From positions 1 to 64,000 of IMG/VR virus record IMGVR_UViG_3300049460_000196: a stretch of 64,000 nucleotides of DNA. One strand, written 5' to 3'. The translations under genes were made by a program, and so were the position numbers. The DNA is from a virus. This document shows positions 1 to 10,783 of this stretch, piece by piece. Each line of letters begins with the position of its first letter. The first letter of the stretch is position 1. A model generated the notes under the pieces. It worked only from the letters and a program-made list of their open reading frames with translations. It was not told where the DNA came from and did no database searches.

Positions 1-2
1 TC

Positions 3-476
3 ATGCAAGTCAATCTGACCATCAACAAACCCGGCGCAACCCAATTCAACGACGACGCCAAGGGCCTGAAAATCAAAGTCGAAGACGGCAAAATCTCCGT
101 GAAATTCGTCAAGACCGACAGCGGCGCCGGCGTGTACCCGATGTTCGATCGCACCCGCGGCGGCGTGGGCGTGACCCTGACCGGCTCGATCGTCGAAAAA
201 CTGCTGGCCGTCAAGGGCGTCGAAGCCGACACCCACATGACCATGGAAGCAACGAGCTACGGCTGGTTGGTCGCCACCCCGCACGAGTCGAAACCGTCGA
301 AACTGGTGCCTACCCTGCGTCTGTGGAACGTGCGCGACGAAGTCGGCGACAAAGCCGAAGTGGCCCCGGTCGCCAAGAAAGCTGCACCGAAAGCATCGCG
401 CGGCGGCACCAAAGCCAAAGCCAAAGCAAAACCACGCGCCAAGAAAGCAGCCGTCGCTGAAGCCGCCGCTCAGTAA
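3..476 (+). CDS. hypothetical protein with Lys/Ala/Pro-rich histone-H1-like C-terminal tail
   Basis: 157-aa ORF, strong codon bias, tail KKAAPKASRGGTKAKAKAKPRAKKAA, followed by a terminator. Confidence 0.7.
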   Translation: MQVNLTINKPGATQFNDDAKGLKIKVEDGKISVKFVKTDSGAGVYPMFDRTRGGVGVTLTGSIVEKLLAVKGVEADTHMTMEATSYGWLVATPHESKPSKLVPTLRLWNVRDEVGDKAEVAPVAKKAAPKASRGGTKAKAKAKPRAKKAAVAEAAAQ

Positions 477-492
477 TCCTGGGCTGGCCGGT

Positions 493-531
493 AAAAAAGG
501 GGAGTGGTTCTCAGGACCATTCCCCTTTTTT
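493..531. terminator. bidirectional intrinsic terminator
   Basis: AAAAAAGGGGAGTGGTTC-TCA-GGACCATTCCCCTTTTTT between convergent genes. Confidence 0.85.
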
Positions 532-532
532 G

Positions 533-1792
533 TCACTTCTGCAAGTGTGACAACAGCTGATCGAAATATTTGTCGTCCGCACCAGACCCGCACATACTCA
601 AGGTTGGCCGTTTGGTGATCAGACGAGCAACGGCCGCCTTGATATCTTCAACCGTGACGCGGTTCACGCCGTCAACCATTTCCTGAATCTCAGTCTGTTT
701 GCCTTCGTGCAACAGATCAGCAGCGAAATTCTCCAACAAACTAAACGGGCGCTCTGGCATTTTCTGGTATGAAACCAGCAATTGGTTACGGGCACGCTCG
801 AAATCGATTGGATTGATCTCACTTACGTGCGAGTGCAATACTTGACACACTACCGCGAACAGTTCATCCAGATGCTCAGGCGTCGTTCCTGCATGAATGA
901 ACATCTGCCCGTGGGAGGCCTGGATGTCGTCGTGAGTTCCCACGCTGTACACCAAACCACGCTTCTCGCGTACTTCAGTGAACATTGGGGAACTCATGCC
1001 ATTACCCAACAGTGCAGTCATCATCATGTCAGCATAGTGATCTGGATGGTTGAAGCCGTGAATTGGGAAACCAATCATCACTTGTGTTTGATCGAAATCG
1101 TCATCTCTTGTCGCAACTCCACTTTGCAGCACCGGAGCAGCAACCGCCGTTGAAGTCCCGGCAGGCATCGTGGAGAAGTGTTTGGTGACAAGTTCGATCA
1201 ACTCTTGCTCGTCATACTTACCCACCACACCCACTACCGTGTTAGCACCAGTGTAATACTGATTCATGTACGAGATGAAATCTTCACGCTGGAACGATTC
1301 GATGTTGTGAATCTCTCCAAGGACTTTACGGCCACGCGAGGTATCACCATATGAAGCTTGCTGTTGCAAGTCATATGTAATGCTATCGGAGTCATCCTGG
1401 TAGGAATGGTATTCCTGAATAATCACCCCACGCTCGCGCTCAATTTCATCTTCTGGGAAGATGTTGTTTTGCACAATGTCGCCGATCAAATCAACGAATA
1501 CGCCCAGGTCTTCCTTACGACCTTTAACCAGGTATGCGGTCTCATCGTAACTCGTGTAGGCATTTACGTCAGCACCCAGACGCTCAACGCCGGAGATGAT
1601 TTCATAGCAGGTCTTGGTTTTGGTGCCCTTGAACGCCATATGTTCAAGGAAGTGGCTGATGCCGTTTTGTTCGGGTGTCTCGTTCTTGGCTCCGACTTTG
1701 ATGAAGGCCGCTACACTGACGGTTTCCATATGTGGCATAGGGATGTGCAGCAAGCGAACACCGTTCGCCAATGTTATTACTTTTCCAGTCAT
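533..1792 (-). CDS. M16 family zinc peptidase (pitrilysin/insulinase-like)
   Basis: inverted Zn motif HFLEH, NAYTS, and C-terminal VREKRGLVY. Confidence 0.95.
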   Translation of the reverse strand: MTGKVITLANGVRLLHIPMPHMETVSVAAFIKVGAKNETPEQNGISHFLEHMAFKGTKTKTCYEIISGVERLGADVNAYTSYDETAYLVKGRKEDLGVFVDLIGDIVQNNIFPEDEIERERGVIIQEYHSYQDDSDSITYDLQQQASYGDTSRGRKVLGEIHNIESFQREDFISYMNQYYTGANTVVGVVGKYDEQELIELVTKHFSTMPAGTSTAVAAPVLQSGVATRDDDFDQTQVMIGFPIHGFNHPDHYADMMMTALLGNGMSSPMFTEVREKRGLVYSVGTHDDIQASHGQMFIHAGTTPEHLDELFAVVCQVLHSHVSEINPIDFERARNQLLVSYQKMPERPFSLLENFAADLLHEGKQTEIQEMVDGVNRVTVEDIKAAVARLITKRPTLSMCGSGADDKYFDQLLSHLQK

Positions 1793-1793
1793 G

Positions 1794-2357
1794 TTACTCC
1801 GAAGGGTTAAAATATCCCATCAGCTTATACATCGTCATATCAGTCTCGAAGGCTTCCATATCACCGGAAGTCAAGAACGTGATTTCGATAGCAGAATGCC
1901 AACCGCCGTATACAGACACTGATCCTTGGTTGCGGTTTTGATACGTTGAATCAGCAGTCACACGAAAGCAAATAGACCATTCATCACCCTGTACACGGAA
2001 AAAATCCGGCGTAGCATCAGGGTAATATTGCCAACTATATGTCAATTCATCCGTGAAGTATTTCTGGAAGCAAAAGAATTGATCATCTTCCAGAAATGCC
2101 CACTCAGCACGCATCAAAGGTTCACGTGTTGCGGTCCATGGTGCATACTTGATTACATCACTTGGAATAGCGGCACGGTCCATCTTTTGGATAGACAATT
2201 GCTCGCCGCGTTTGCCTGAACGAATCTTGTCACACATCAGCACGATATCGGCAATCGTTGCACCGATATATGGCAAATGGTGTTCGTTTTCGGAATCGTT
2301 AATCCAGGTGAGCTTGATTGGCAATTGCATAAACGGTATAAGAAATGGGGAACACAA
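1794..2357 (-). CDS. hypothetical protein
   Basis: ORF packed in minus-strand run. Confidence 0.6.
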   Translation of the reverse strand: MCSPFLIPFMQLPIKLTWINDSENEHHLPYIGATIADIVLMCDKIRSGKRGEQLSIQKMDRAAIPSDVIKYAPWTATREPLMRAEWAFLEDDQFFCFQKYFTDELTYSWQYYPDATPDFFRVQGDEWSICFRVTADSTYQNRNQGSVSVYGGWHSAIEITFLTSGDMEAFETDMTMYKLMGYFNPSE

Positions 2358-2393
2358 TGTTCCCCACCAGTGTATTGCCAGTTTGGCTTGATG

Positions 2394-3578
2394 TCAAACA
2401 GTTTCGATCGAACAATGCGACACGATTGTCGACTTTACGTTGTTGTACTCGTTGTGATCTTTAACCTTGGCCTGAAGGCGAACCGATTGACCTTTGCGGA
2501 CATCCAGCTCAACGCCCGTAAACCAAACAACCAGGTTGCCATTCGCATCCTCGAATCCGTAACGCACACCTGGAAAACGACCGTTGGTTGGGCTGATCGT
2601 TTTCAGGGAAGCCACCAGATCGATTTTGGCACCCTTTTCACCCAGATAGTTGCTGGTCTTCTTCACATACTCAGGCAGCAGACCATGGGCTTTCTGGTAC
2701 GCGATAATCATGCTCGCGGCATAACCGCACGAACGATACTCAATCGTACCGCTTACGGCCAGCACGTTGATGTTGTGCTCGTAGTCATTCATGGGCTTGC
2801 CCGACTCGCTCAAGCCTGCTGCCCATTCGATGGCCTTCTCGGCCAGCTCTTCATCTCGAGCGGAGATTTCCTCCGAGTAGTCCATGTGAACATGATGCAA
2901 CAACCCCAGTGCTTTGCCGCTCGTGGACTCCATGCCCTTTTCCTGCGCCATCGAACGGCTGACGAAGTACCCTTGCATGCGAGTGGCCATGCTGACGAAT
3001 TGCAGGTATTCGTTCAGGACCAGGTAACGGCGATCTTCGCCCACGCTGTTCGTGTAGCCCTTCGCACATTCATTCGCATAGCTGAGTAACTCAGCCATTT
3101 TAGCCAGCTTCACTGGATCGTTGCCGCCCAGGAAGTCTTTCAGGCACGAGCTGCCAACCTGCTGGGTTTCCTGGGTTTCCACGTTCTGGAGGATGTACGT
3201 ATCGCGACGGAAGCGGTTGATGTTGCAGTGATCGCACTTGCAACCGGTGTGGCGATACTTCTCGGGGATTTCTTTGTTTGGCAGCGCACGGACGATATTG
3301 CCCAGCTCGCCGTTTGCATGATCAATACGACCGATGAACTCCCAGCCGTTGATCTGTGGAATAGTGCAGTCCAGCAGGACTTCGTAGACCTTAACTGCTT
3401 GGGCGCGGCCAACGTCGACCATTTTGTAGCTGAACACTACCGGCAGGAATGGATCGCCGCCCAGTTTGACCGCTTTGCGGGACAGTTTCTCCAGAGCAGC
3501 TTCAAACTTTTTCAGGTTGCCTTCAGGAATTTCGAAGATCCCCGAACCCATAACATTTACACGATCACGTTCAGTCAT
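2394..3578 (-). CDS. phage protein with CxxC Zn site and probable C-terminal OB-fold
   Basis: CDHC..RRD..VGSSCL motif; C-terminal FEDANGNLVVWF..KVKDHNEYN..T pattern; upstream promoter. Confidence 0.65.
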   Translation of the reverse strand: MTERDRVNVMGSGIFEIPEGNLKKFEAALEKLSRKAVKLGGDPFLPVVFSYKMVDVGRAQAVKVYEVLLDCTIPQINGWEFIGRIDHANGELGNIVRALPNKEIPEKYRHTGCKCDHCNINRFRRDTYILQNVETQETQQVGSSCLKDFLGGNDPVKLAKMAELLSYANECAKGYTNSVGEDRRYLVLNEYLQFVSMATRMQGYFVSRSMAQEKGMESTSGKALGLLHHVHMDYSEEISARDEELAEKAIEWAAGLSESGKPMNDYEHNINVLAVSGTIEYRSCGYAASMIIAYQKAHGLLPEYVKKTSNYLGEKGAKIDLVASLKTISPTNGRFPGVRYGFEDANGNLVVWFTGVELDVRKGQSVRLQAKVKDHNEYNNVKSTIVSHCSIETV

Positions 3579-3603
3579 TTGCGTTCTCCCATAAGATGTT
3601 CAT

Positions 3604-3632
3604 ATGGTAGCATCAAATGAATAAGAGATCAA
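3604..3632 (-). promoter_or_regulatory. sigma70-type promoter with TTCATTT spacer motif
   Basis: TTGATC-17 bp-TACCAT followed by ATGAACAT. Confidence 0.7.
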
Positions 3633-3908
3633 CTACTCTTTTGTACCAACTATCTTCATCATGAAATATGCGGTTTCGTAATCGTCGTATGGGCCTATGT
3701 CTTCCCATAAATGATCTTGATCACATCTACGATTTATGATCCACCATTTGTGATCTCTACGTAATTGCACGCAAAATACAGCCACGGAATCAATCGCATA
3801 TCTGGGGACATCTTCCAACACAGCAAAGCCAAAAGTGTCTCGATGTGAAAATGCCGGCCATTCGTATTTGTCGCCATAATACTTAACTATCACTATCGCC
3901 CCACACAA
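3633..3908 (-). CDS. hypothetical protein
   Basis: ORF; shares GP(Y/F)DDxE.A motif with 4126..4335. Confidence 0.55.
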   Translation of the reverse strand: MCGAIVIVKYYGDKYEWPAFSHRDTFGFAVLEDVPRYAIDSVAVFCVQLRRDHKWWIINRRCDQDHLWEDIGPYDDYETAYFMMKIVGTKE

Positions 3909-4126
3909 ACGACGCGAATATGAGCAGTTACGCCCGTTCGCACTTGCTCATCAAGTTTGTTCCAATATGCAACTGCATCTGCAATCAACATAGTCTCAGG
4001 AAGCTCTCCGCTTTCATAACCATTATTGAGAAATTGGCGAATGGTCACCATCCCCAATGATGCATTGTTTTGACGGAGGTCAATCATTAACTCTGGCCAA
4101 CCTTTACCTGAACTTTCTTCTTCCAT
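3893..4126 (-). CDS. hypothetical protein
   Basis: translationally coupled ORF. Confidence 0.55.
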   Translation of the reverse strand: MEEESSGKGWPELMIDLRQNNASLGMVTIRQFLNNGYESGELPETMLIADAVAYWNKLDEQVRTGVTAHIRVVCVGR

Positions 4127-4335
4127 TAATCTGCTCTCAACATAGCGAAGGCCATAGCTGCCTCCACATCATCAAATGGTCCATAGACTGGACTATTTTG
4201 TGCCATAAAATCAAGTGGTACCAAACTCCACTTGCCATTCACCGTTGCCGGAAAATACTTCTTTTCATCAATCAGGTATTCACGATCAACATATAATCCC
4301 TTTGGTGCTTGGAAGATTGTATACGGTGAAGTCAT
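4126..4335 (-). CDS. hypothetical protein
   Basis: coupled ORF. Confidence 0.55.
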   Translation of the reverse strand: MTSPYTIFQAPKGLYVDREYLIDEKKYFPATVNGKWSLVPLDFMAQNSPVYGPFDDVEAAMAFAMLRAD

Positions 4336-4760
4336 TCTCTAAAAATATCCCAAGTACCAGCCCCATGGCCAATGCAATACAGATGGTCATGGGAAATCCT
4401 GGAACGCAAACAACCATTTGGCCCAAACATGGCATGATTACTTTCCATGAAATGCTCCAAGTTACGGTAATTGCCAGATTTTATTTTAGTGTCAGGATAT
4501 ATTTTTCCCGAACGATTGGTTATGACGTCAATCATCTCAGCACATGGTATCTGGCGCTCGTATTCGTCCAGGATTATATTACGGCGATTTTTGAAGTGAC
4601 TATACCAGTCAGTCAATGACTCGATGCCATGTTCTGGATATGTCCAAAGGGAGAAACACCAGCCACCCGCACTGGTGCCAATTTTAAGACCTAGCGGTTC
4701 GACACCCCGCAGAGTGTCCATCAGGTTTGGGCGGATGGTTATATGGTATTCAGTGCTCAT
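4332..4760 (-). CDS. hypothetical phage protein
   Basis: IGTSAGGWCFS / IILDEY motifs; coupled ORF. Confidence 0.65.
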   Translation of the reverse strand: MSTEYHITIRPNLMDTLRGVEPLGLKIGTSAGGWCFSLWTYPEHGIESLTDWYSHFKNRRNIILDEYERQIPCAEMIDVITNRSGKIYPDTKIKSGNYRNLEHFMESNHAMFGPNGCLRSRISHDHLYCIGHGAGTWDIFRE

Positions 4761-4797
4761 GCCCGCATGGTATATTGGTGCCAGCTATGAAGCAATT

Positions 4798-5436
4798 TTA
4801 CTTGAAACCGCCGTCCTGATTCATGTAAACCACATAGGGCACAAATGCCTTCATGAGTTGTTTACGAATACCCGTAGAGGTCTTGGCCGTTTCGCGATGA
4901 TTGACGGCATGTTGTTCAATTTCATTTAAGCAAGACGTCACATAGTCATCAGTAAGCTTTTTGAACTTGTCTGTTACTTGGTCATCCAGATTGTCAATCA
5001 TGCGTACGAGCTTGTCTGCCTGACGTTGGATGACGCGTATGGTCTCTTCCATATCTTCACGGCTGCATTGCTGATGATGCCGGGCAATTTCCAAATCTTG
5101 GCAGATAAGATCAAGCGCCGCAAAGTCAGGTGAAACTACGATCAATTGAAGTCGAGGACGCTGTTCATTACGGAACTTGACGTCGTTCATAATTGAGTCA
5201 TTCAGGAGCTTTAGAATGGTGGCATCTTGCTCGCTATCGGTTTCGAGAATAATAGCTGAACCCAATCCATACATTTTCAGGTTTGTACCTATCTCATGTA
5301 TCTTATGTCTGGTGCCAGTATGAACTGTGACATTCTCACATGACTCATTCAAGATATCAACTTGCACGCATTCTTCCGCATTGAAATATGTTTGCCCATA
5401 CTTGGCATTCACGTAATAACAAAAGTACCAAACCAT
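4798..5436 (-). CDS. hypothetical protein
   Basis: GAGG RBS and upstream TAAATA. Confidence 0.65.
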   Translation of the reverse strand: MVWYFCYYVNAKYGQTYFNAEECVQVDILNESCENVTVHTGTRHKIHEIGTNLKMYGLGSAIILETDSEQDATILKLLNDSIMNDVKFRNEQRPRLQLIVVSPDFAALDLICQDLEIARHHQQCSREDMEETIRVIQRQADKLVRMIDNLDDQVTDKFKKLTDDYVTSCLNEIEQHAVNHRETAKTSTGIRKQLMKAFVPYVVYMNQDGGFK

Positions 5437-5510
5437 AGTTTCACCTCAGTCATGTATGCAGATATTTAGCTGACTGAAATGCAAATGAGCCGCATCAGCA
5501 GCTCATTCAA

Positions 5511-5852
5511 TTATTTGTACAGTGGGGTATTGTACCGATTGTCCATCAATGTCAATCGCAGTTCTTTCATGTTCCAGGCATTATATGTAAGTGGTATAAA
5601 CTCATTCACTTCGTTAAGCCAACCAACAGGCAGACCACGTTTACCGACCAACGGTGTACCATCAGGATATTTCCATTCAGTTGGCTTCTGAGTGCGCCAA
5701 TTCAATTCGGCTTTAGGTTCAGGCGAGGTCGCCGACTTGACGACCGGCTTAGCTTCTGGTTCAGGGCGTGGATTCTTACTGCGCGTGGCTTTCATCGACT
5801 GCACTTGCTGGTTCAGAGAGTCGAACTTCTTGTTGAATTCATCGAGACGCAT
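5511..5852 (-). CDS. hypothetical protein
   Basis: GGAG RBS, upstream TAAATA, MRLDEF start. Confidence 0.65.
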   Translation of the reverse strand: MRLDEFNKKFDSLNQQVQSMKATRSKNPRPEPEAKPVVKSATSPEPKAELNWRTQKPTEWKYPDGTPLVGKRGLPVGWLNEVNEFIPLTYNAWNMKELRLTLMDNRYNTPLYK

Positions 5853-5903
5853 AATAGCTCCAAGGTTTTCAGCTATTTATTATCCTTGGAGCCAGCAGTT
5901 CAG

Positions 5904-6497
5904 TTAGGCGTTGTGATCGCGAATGGCCTTGCGGGTCATTGCGTCCAGGCCCGCATCCAGGCTAGTGATGATGCTGTTGAGGCTTTCATCTTTCAGTGGT
6001 GCCGCCAGCTCCAGGGCCGTGGTTGGGTTGCCCGGACTCATCTCCGACAAGCGTTTGGCTTGTTTGATGAACGTGTGTGCCAGTTCGACGCGTTCCGTGG
6101 CAGCTTTTTGCTCGGCAGCAGCGGCAGCTTTATCGATCTTGGCTTGCTCGTTGGCTGCTTTCTGCTTATGCGCAGCGGCGATCACCAGCGGCTCGAGGAA
6201 GTTGTCCACCAGAGCGTAGGACATGGTGATGTACACCTCATCATTATCGCCTTGGCTGTAGCATTTGTATTTGAAGCTCACCGTCTCGGTCTTGTCGTCA
6301 CCGGAGATGTCTTCCAGGAAGTAGTCTTGATTGCGCCACAGTTCGAGCGCGCCTGCTGCTTTGAAGATCGCGAATGCCTGAGTGCCCAGGCTGTAGAAGT
6401 GGTCTTGATTTTTCTGGTGTTCGCTGTAGCTGATCATTTTGTGCTCCATGTCTGTGGTCAATACAAACATGGTAAGTTCATTTGAACAAAAGATCAA
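5904..6497 (-). CDS. hypothetical protein (true start probably downstream)
   Basis: ORF with phage-like codon bias. Confidence 0.6.
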   Translation of the reverse strand: MIFCSNELTMFVLTTDMEHKMISYSEHQKNQDHFYSLGTQAFAIFKAAGALELWRNQDYFLEDISGDDKTETVSFKYKCYSQGDNDEVYITMSYALVDNFLEPLVIAAAHKQKAANEQAKIDKAAAAAEQKAATERVELAHTFIKQAKRLSEMSPGNPTTALELAAPLKDESLNSIITSLDAGLDAMTRKAIRDHNA

Positions 6498-6509
6498 CCT
6501 TTTTTCACA

Positions 6510-6779
6510 TCAGCGTGCAACACCAGAAGTGATACGTTCGTTGCGAATGTTCACCAGCTGGAGCAGCGAAGCGTTTACCACAGGAGCATACTGGTGGATG
6601 ATGGCTTCTTTGTTGTCCTTGTAGTCGCCTTCAACGGCCTGGTTAGAGTGTGCGGCCACGGCAGCGATGACTTCGACCACACCATACTTTTGACACAGTT
6701 GTATCACAGCATCAACATCTCGATAGTTCATGTTTTGCCTCTTGGATAAAAGACCACATTGTAAAGACCGCAACACCAC
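6510..6779 (-). CDS. hypothetical protein
   Basis: ORF; likely start MNYRD after GAGG. Confidence 0.55.
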   Translation of the reverse strand: MVLRSLQCGLLSKRQNMNYRDVDAVIQLCQKYGVVEVIAAVAAHSNQAVEGDYKDNKEAIIHQYAPVVNASLLQLVNIRNERITSGVAR

Positions 6780-6803
6780 AAGTCAACTGAAAGTATGGTT
6801 TGG

Positions 6804-7097
6804 TTACACTTTAGTGGGAATGGGGAACAGGTGACAGCCATATACCGCCACCTTATCCTTATCGTAGCTGGTAGTCGACGGGCTTCCGCCGTAAACATAC
6901 TGGACGACGCCGGTCACGATCAAGGATACTTTGCCCGATTTCGTGATGGTTTCGGCTATGCCAGTCACCACGCGAGTAATGCCGCTGGTGGTATTAGAAT
7001 ACCCGTACGACTGACCCATGACGATATCGTTGCCCAGAGCGTCGTTTTTACTTACTTCGATTGCCATATTAACTCTCCATGATGACCAAATAGCCAT
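6804..7097 (-). CDS. hypothetical protein (DxLGN-type small phage protein)
   Basis: DALGNDIVMGQ resembles DMLGNDYKVGD of 54243..54476. Confidence 0.55.
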   Translation of the reverse strand: MAIWSSWRVNMAIEVSKNDALGNDIVMGQSYGYSNTTSGITRVVTGIAETITKSGKVSLIVTGVVQYVYGGSPSTTSYDKDKVAVYGCHLFPIPTKV

Positions 7098-7551
7098 CCT
7101 TGTATGGGGTGAATGCCACGATGATGCTGCGGTATTGACTGCCGCCCTGTTTCCACAGTTGTTCGGCTGCTTTCCACATCATCAACCAGGATGGATCTTC
7201 CAGCAACACCGCATCTTCTGCTTCGTAGTAGACCTTCACCTGGCCTTGCGTGAAGGTTTGACGGAAGCCATCCAGTGGGATTTCGAAGATGCCCCATTCA
7301 GTTTTCAGTTCCTGGCGGGCACGAACTTCCTTGTAATACTGGGACCGTTCGTTTTCACGCTTCTCGTCGGCGGCGTAGGTCGCGGCCATGGCTTCTTCCA
7401 TTTTGGAGAGGCTGGCCTTGAAGCGAGCATTAAGCTTGGCATTCAGAACGCCATCCAACTCTTGCTGGAGGAAATACAGCTCGCTCCTGGCATTGTGCAG
7501 GTTGCGGAATTCTTCGCGGGTCAGAACAACTTGGTCGCCAGTATCAGCCAT
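7069..7551 (-). CDS. hypothetical protein
   Basis: GGAG RBS, upstream promoter. Confidence 0.65.
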   Translation of the reverse strand: MADTGDQVVLTREEFRNLHNARSELYFLQQELDGVLNAKLNARFKASLSKMEEAMAATYAADEKRENERSQYYKEVRARQELKTEWGIFEIPLDGFRQTFTQGQVKVYYEAEDAVLLEDPSWLMMWKAAEQLWKQGGSQYRSIIVAFTPYKDGYLVIMES

Positions 7552-7629
7552 GTCACTACTCCAAAATATTCATAATAGCGACATGGTATATTCATTTGAC
7601 TAGTAAGTCAACTACTTGAGTTTTTCATT

Positions 7630-8031
7630 TTACCAGTCCCAGCTCCAAATGCCGATCAAGTTTTGCATCAGGTATTCACGTACCTGTTCGTGTTGTTCTG
7701 AGGTGACAAAAGTGGCATCAACCAGGGCATCATCTTCGTCATCGGGGATCCAATCTCCGACAATTCGATCGTCGATGTCTTTGGCGGTAATGCCCTGCCC
7801 ACGCGACATGTAGTAGTCATCATGCGGCGACCGTTGGCCAATGATATGATCGATGGGCGATCGCGCACTGGTGTGCGTTTTATGCCAGGAGACGGGAGCG
7901 ATAATGAACAATTCCCAACGGTCATTGACTGGAAATTCGGTATTGCGGACTGTATCTTGCCAGATTGAAACCATCATCTCACCTTGCTTCAGGTAAGCTT
8001 CAACCATACGGTGGACTGCTTTTGCAGACAT
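7630..8031 (-). CDS. hypothetical protein
   Basis: AAGGA RBS. Confidence 0.6.
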   Translation of the reverse strand: MSAKAVHRMVEAYLKQGEMMVSIWQDTVRNTEFPVNDRWELFIIAPVSWHKTHTSARSPIDHIIGQRSPHDDYYMSRGQGITAKDIDDRIVGDWIPDDEDDALVDATFVTSEQHEQVREYLMQNLIGIWSWDW

Positions 8032-8976
8032 GGCATTCCTTTTTGCTATTCGAAATGCCAGTCTATAGAGGAAATATGATGTGGTGTTGATTTACTTACC
8101 AGATTTCTTGGCTTCGGTTTTCAACTGTTTTTCGATTGCATCGATAAGATTTCGGGCCACTTCCATGCCTTCCCAACCATGTTGATCATGATTCAAGGAG
8201 GCAATTTCTTTGCCATTCATGGTGATAACCAATCGTTCTTCGTCATCATCTGGGTTGGTGTGGTCGAATACGGGTAGATTAATTTGTTTGGCCATTTGGT
8301 TTCTCGCGTTTAACAGCTTTCCATACTTGCCGGATTTGTTTGAGCGTGATATCACGACTACCATTCACCCACAACGTGCCGTCATACATGACAGACATAC
8401 CTATGACTGAACGACCAATACGCACCACGTAATCTTCATCACGAGTGAGATTCGTCCAGTCAGATTTAGGGATCTCGATCAAGTCTACGTCGTCACCCAA
8501 TGCTTCTTTACGACAGTGGGCGTACATTGCGTCAGCTTGCTCGTCGCTATAGCCTTCTTTGATCAAAAGACGCTTGGCTTTGCGTTTGTTGCTTTCACGA
8601 ACTGCTTCTGAAAAGTCATTCATCTCCATCTGCGAAAATGAATAGCCCAAATCTTCCAGCAAATCCTGAACGTCGTCGTCGCTGATACTCATTGTTGTGC
8701 TTCGACGGCATGAACATAGCGAAGGCCAGGCGGCGGGACGACCGCAGTCAACCCGCCAATTTGAGGTGGATGACTTTCCAGCCACATTTCAATACGAACG
8801 AAAGTGCCATCAGGCAACTTGATGTGATCGATATCAAACGGAATGGTGTCTGTTACATAGCGTACACCATTGTATCTAAAATATTCGCGCATTATGGTTC
8901 CTATAAAAAGCCCTGCCAATGTTACTTGGCAGGGCTTTTGGAGTCAAGGCTACTTGGTTAAGTGGCGTGGTTGGTC

Positions 8977-9297
8977 TTACTGACGTTCGAACATACCATC
9001 TTCGATGTCTGCACGCAGACATTCTGGGATCGCTTCAACACGGAAGGTTTCAGCTTGCTTGATGTCAGCCTGAAGGGCTTCACGCACGAACTTGCGCAGG
9101 TTGCCCGCTGGAGTGACAGAGTACGAACCACCGTAGAACTCGACCATTTGAATAACGATTGGCTTGTTGTTTTCACTACGCAGGAGCACGACACGTACTT
9201 TACCGTCAGTATTCAGGGCTTTGACTTTGGCAGCAATTTCTGGAAACTTGATCATCTCATTTACTCCGTGGCGTTCATCATGTAAAACATGATACAA
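8977..9297 (-). CDS. hypothetical protein
   Basis: ORF with promoter upstream and terminator downstream; true start likely MIKF. Confidence 0.6.
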   Translation of the reverse strand: MYHVLHDERHGVNEMIKFPEIAAKVKALNTDGKVRVVLLRSENNKPIVIQMVEFYGGSYSVTPAGNLRKFVREALQADIKQAETFRVEAIPECLRADIEDGMFERQ

Positions 9298-9319
9298 CCA
9301 AATGAATAAAAAGTCAAAA

Positions 9320-9351
9320 GAAAACCCGAAGATTTAGGTCTTCGGGTTTTC
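9320..9351 (-). terminator. intrinsic terminator of the TROVE/vWA gene
   Basis: AAAACCCGAAGA-TTTAGG-TCTTCGGGTTTT. Confidence 0.8.
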
Positions 9352-9367
9352 TACTATGAACAAGCTT

Positions 9368-10783
9368 TTAAGCTGCCAGCTTGTAGCGGTCAACCATCAC
9401 GGCTTCCAGCATCACGGACATTGGCGAGAAGTCCTTGGCACCCAGCACAGCTTTCAGGATGGCTGGCGAGAAACCAGATACCAGCGCAACGCCGCTGTCG
9501 TCATAGCGCGTTGGGGCGCTACCATGCGAGTTCAGGTTCCAGAACACGATGTTCGGTGCCTGGTAACCAGCTTCCGCGTACTTGGTGCGGATCATTTCCA
9601 TCGCTTGCACGGAACGGCCCTGGATGCAGTTGTTATCGAACTGCATATCCGACAGGATCAGGATGTTCTCTGGCATGTGCTCAGGTGCAACCTTCTGCGC
9701 CACCGCGATCTTCAGCACTTCCTCGAAAGCCGCCTGGATGTTGGTGTTGTACGCAACCTGCGAACCCATCTGATCCAGTTTCTGGAAGATGTCACCTTGC
9801 AGGTTGTACAGCTTAGGCACGTCAGTGAAGGTCATGAACGTGTCTTTGAACGCACCAGTGTTCTTTTCTGCCAGGTACAGACCCAGCGACATTGCCACAT
9901 TCATGCAGCTAACAGTACCGCTACCACCGGCAGGGCTACCCATCGAACCCGACACGTCAACCATCGGCAGGATAGACGCTTCACCGACGAAGTTTTCCAG
10001 GGCTTCCCACTGGGCAACCATCACCTTGCGAACGGCCTCGTCCATCGAACGACGTTCGTACGCCGTGAACGCACCTTTCAGCACATCGTATGGGTAAACG
10101 GCGCCGCTGTTGATCTTGGCTTCGCCAGTCGTCAGTGCTTCGGCGTACTTAGTGTAAGCGGCTTCAGCATTACGCTTGAACGCTTTCTTGTAGCGAGCAG
10201 CAGCCAGCGATGGCACGTGGCCGAAGTTGATGTTGTCCCAGTCTTTCGCGCACATCTGGGTTTCCACGACTTTCGTCAGGGTCACCAGAGTCTTGCGGTA
10301 GCGCTTAGGCGAGAAGCCCAGGTAGGCACGCAGCTCTTCAGCTACCTTGCCTTTACGTGGCATCCACTTTGCGCACAGGCCGTTACCAGCTTCCAGGCCA
10401 CCTTTGATCAGCTCAAAAGCGTGCTGGCGCAGGATTGGGTGCTTGACGGTCAGCAGGTCATCCCAACGACCGATTTCTGGGATCTTTTGCATGAGCTTCT
10501 GAGCCAGTGCGCTATCCTGGTTTTCCAGGTAACGCAGCACTTGCTTGAACAGCTCACGCTCGCCAGCACCACCGCGAACGTCACGCGCCCACTGCATGAT
10601 GCGCACAGCAACGTCGGCATCTTCCACGAAGGCCGATACAAACGCTGGGATCGGATCTTTACCGCGCATCGCGCCGATATGGAAGAACAGGTCAACACAC
10701 TTGTTCAGCGTGGACTTGTACGCCAGGGCGCCGTTGGTGGTGGTGGTTTCTTGCTCGTTGATTGCTTGTGCGAAAGTAGTCAT
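9368..10783 (-). CDS. TROVE/Ro60-related helical-repeat plus vWA protein (DUF2828-type)
   Basis: N-terminal TTNGA, RDVRGGAGER, GRWDDL, AKWMPR; vWA MIDAS DVSGSM, ILSDMQFD, VFWNL, SGFS. Confidence 0.88.
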   Translation of the reverse strand: MTTFAQAINEQETTTTNGALAYKSTLNKCVDLFFHIGAMRGKDPIPAFVSAFVEDADVAVRIMQWARDVRGGAGERELFKQVLRYLENQDSALAQKLMQKIPEIGRWDDLLTVKHPILRQHAFELIKGGLEAGNGLCAKWMPRKGKVAEELRAYLGFSPKRYRKTLVTLTKVVETQMCAKDWDNINFGHVPSLAAARYKKAFKRNAEAAYTKYAEALTTGEAKINSGAVYPYDVLKGAFTAYERRSMDEAVRKVMVAQWEALENFVGEASILPMVDVSGSMGSPAGGSGTVSCMNVAMSLGLYLAEKNTGAFKDTFMTFTDVPKLYNLQGDIFQKLDQMGSQVAYNTNIQAAFEEVLKIAVAQKVAPEHMPENILILSDMQFDNNCIQGRSVQAMEMIRTKYAEAGYQAPNIVFWNLNSHGSAPTRYDDSGVALVSGFSPAILKAVLGAKDFSPMSVMLEAVMVDRYKLAA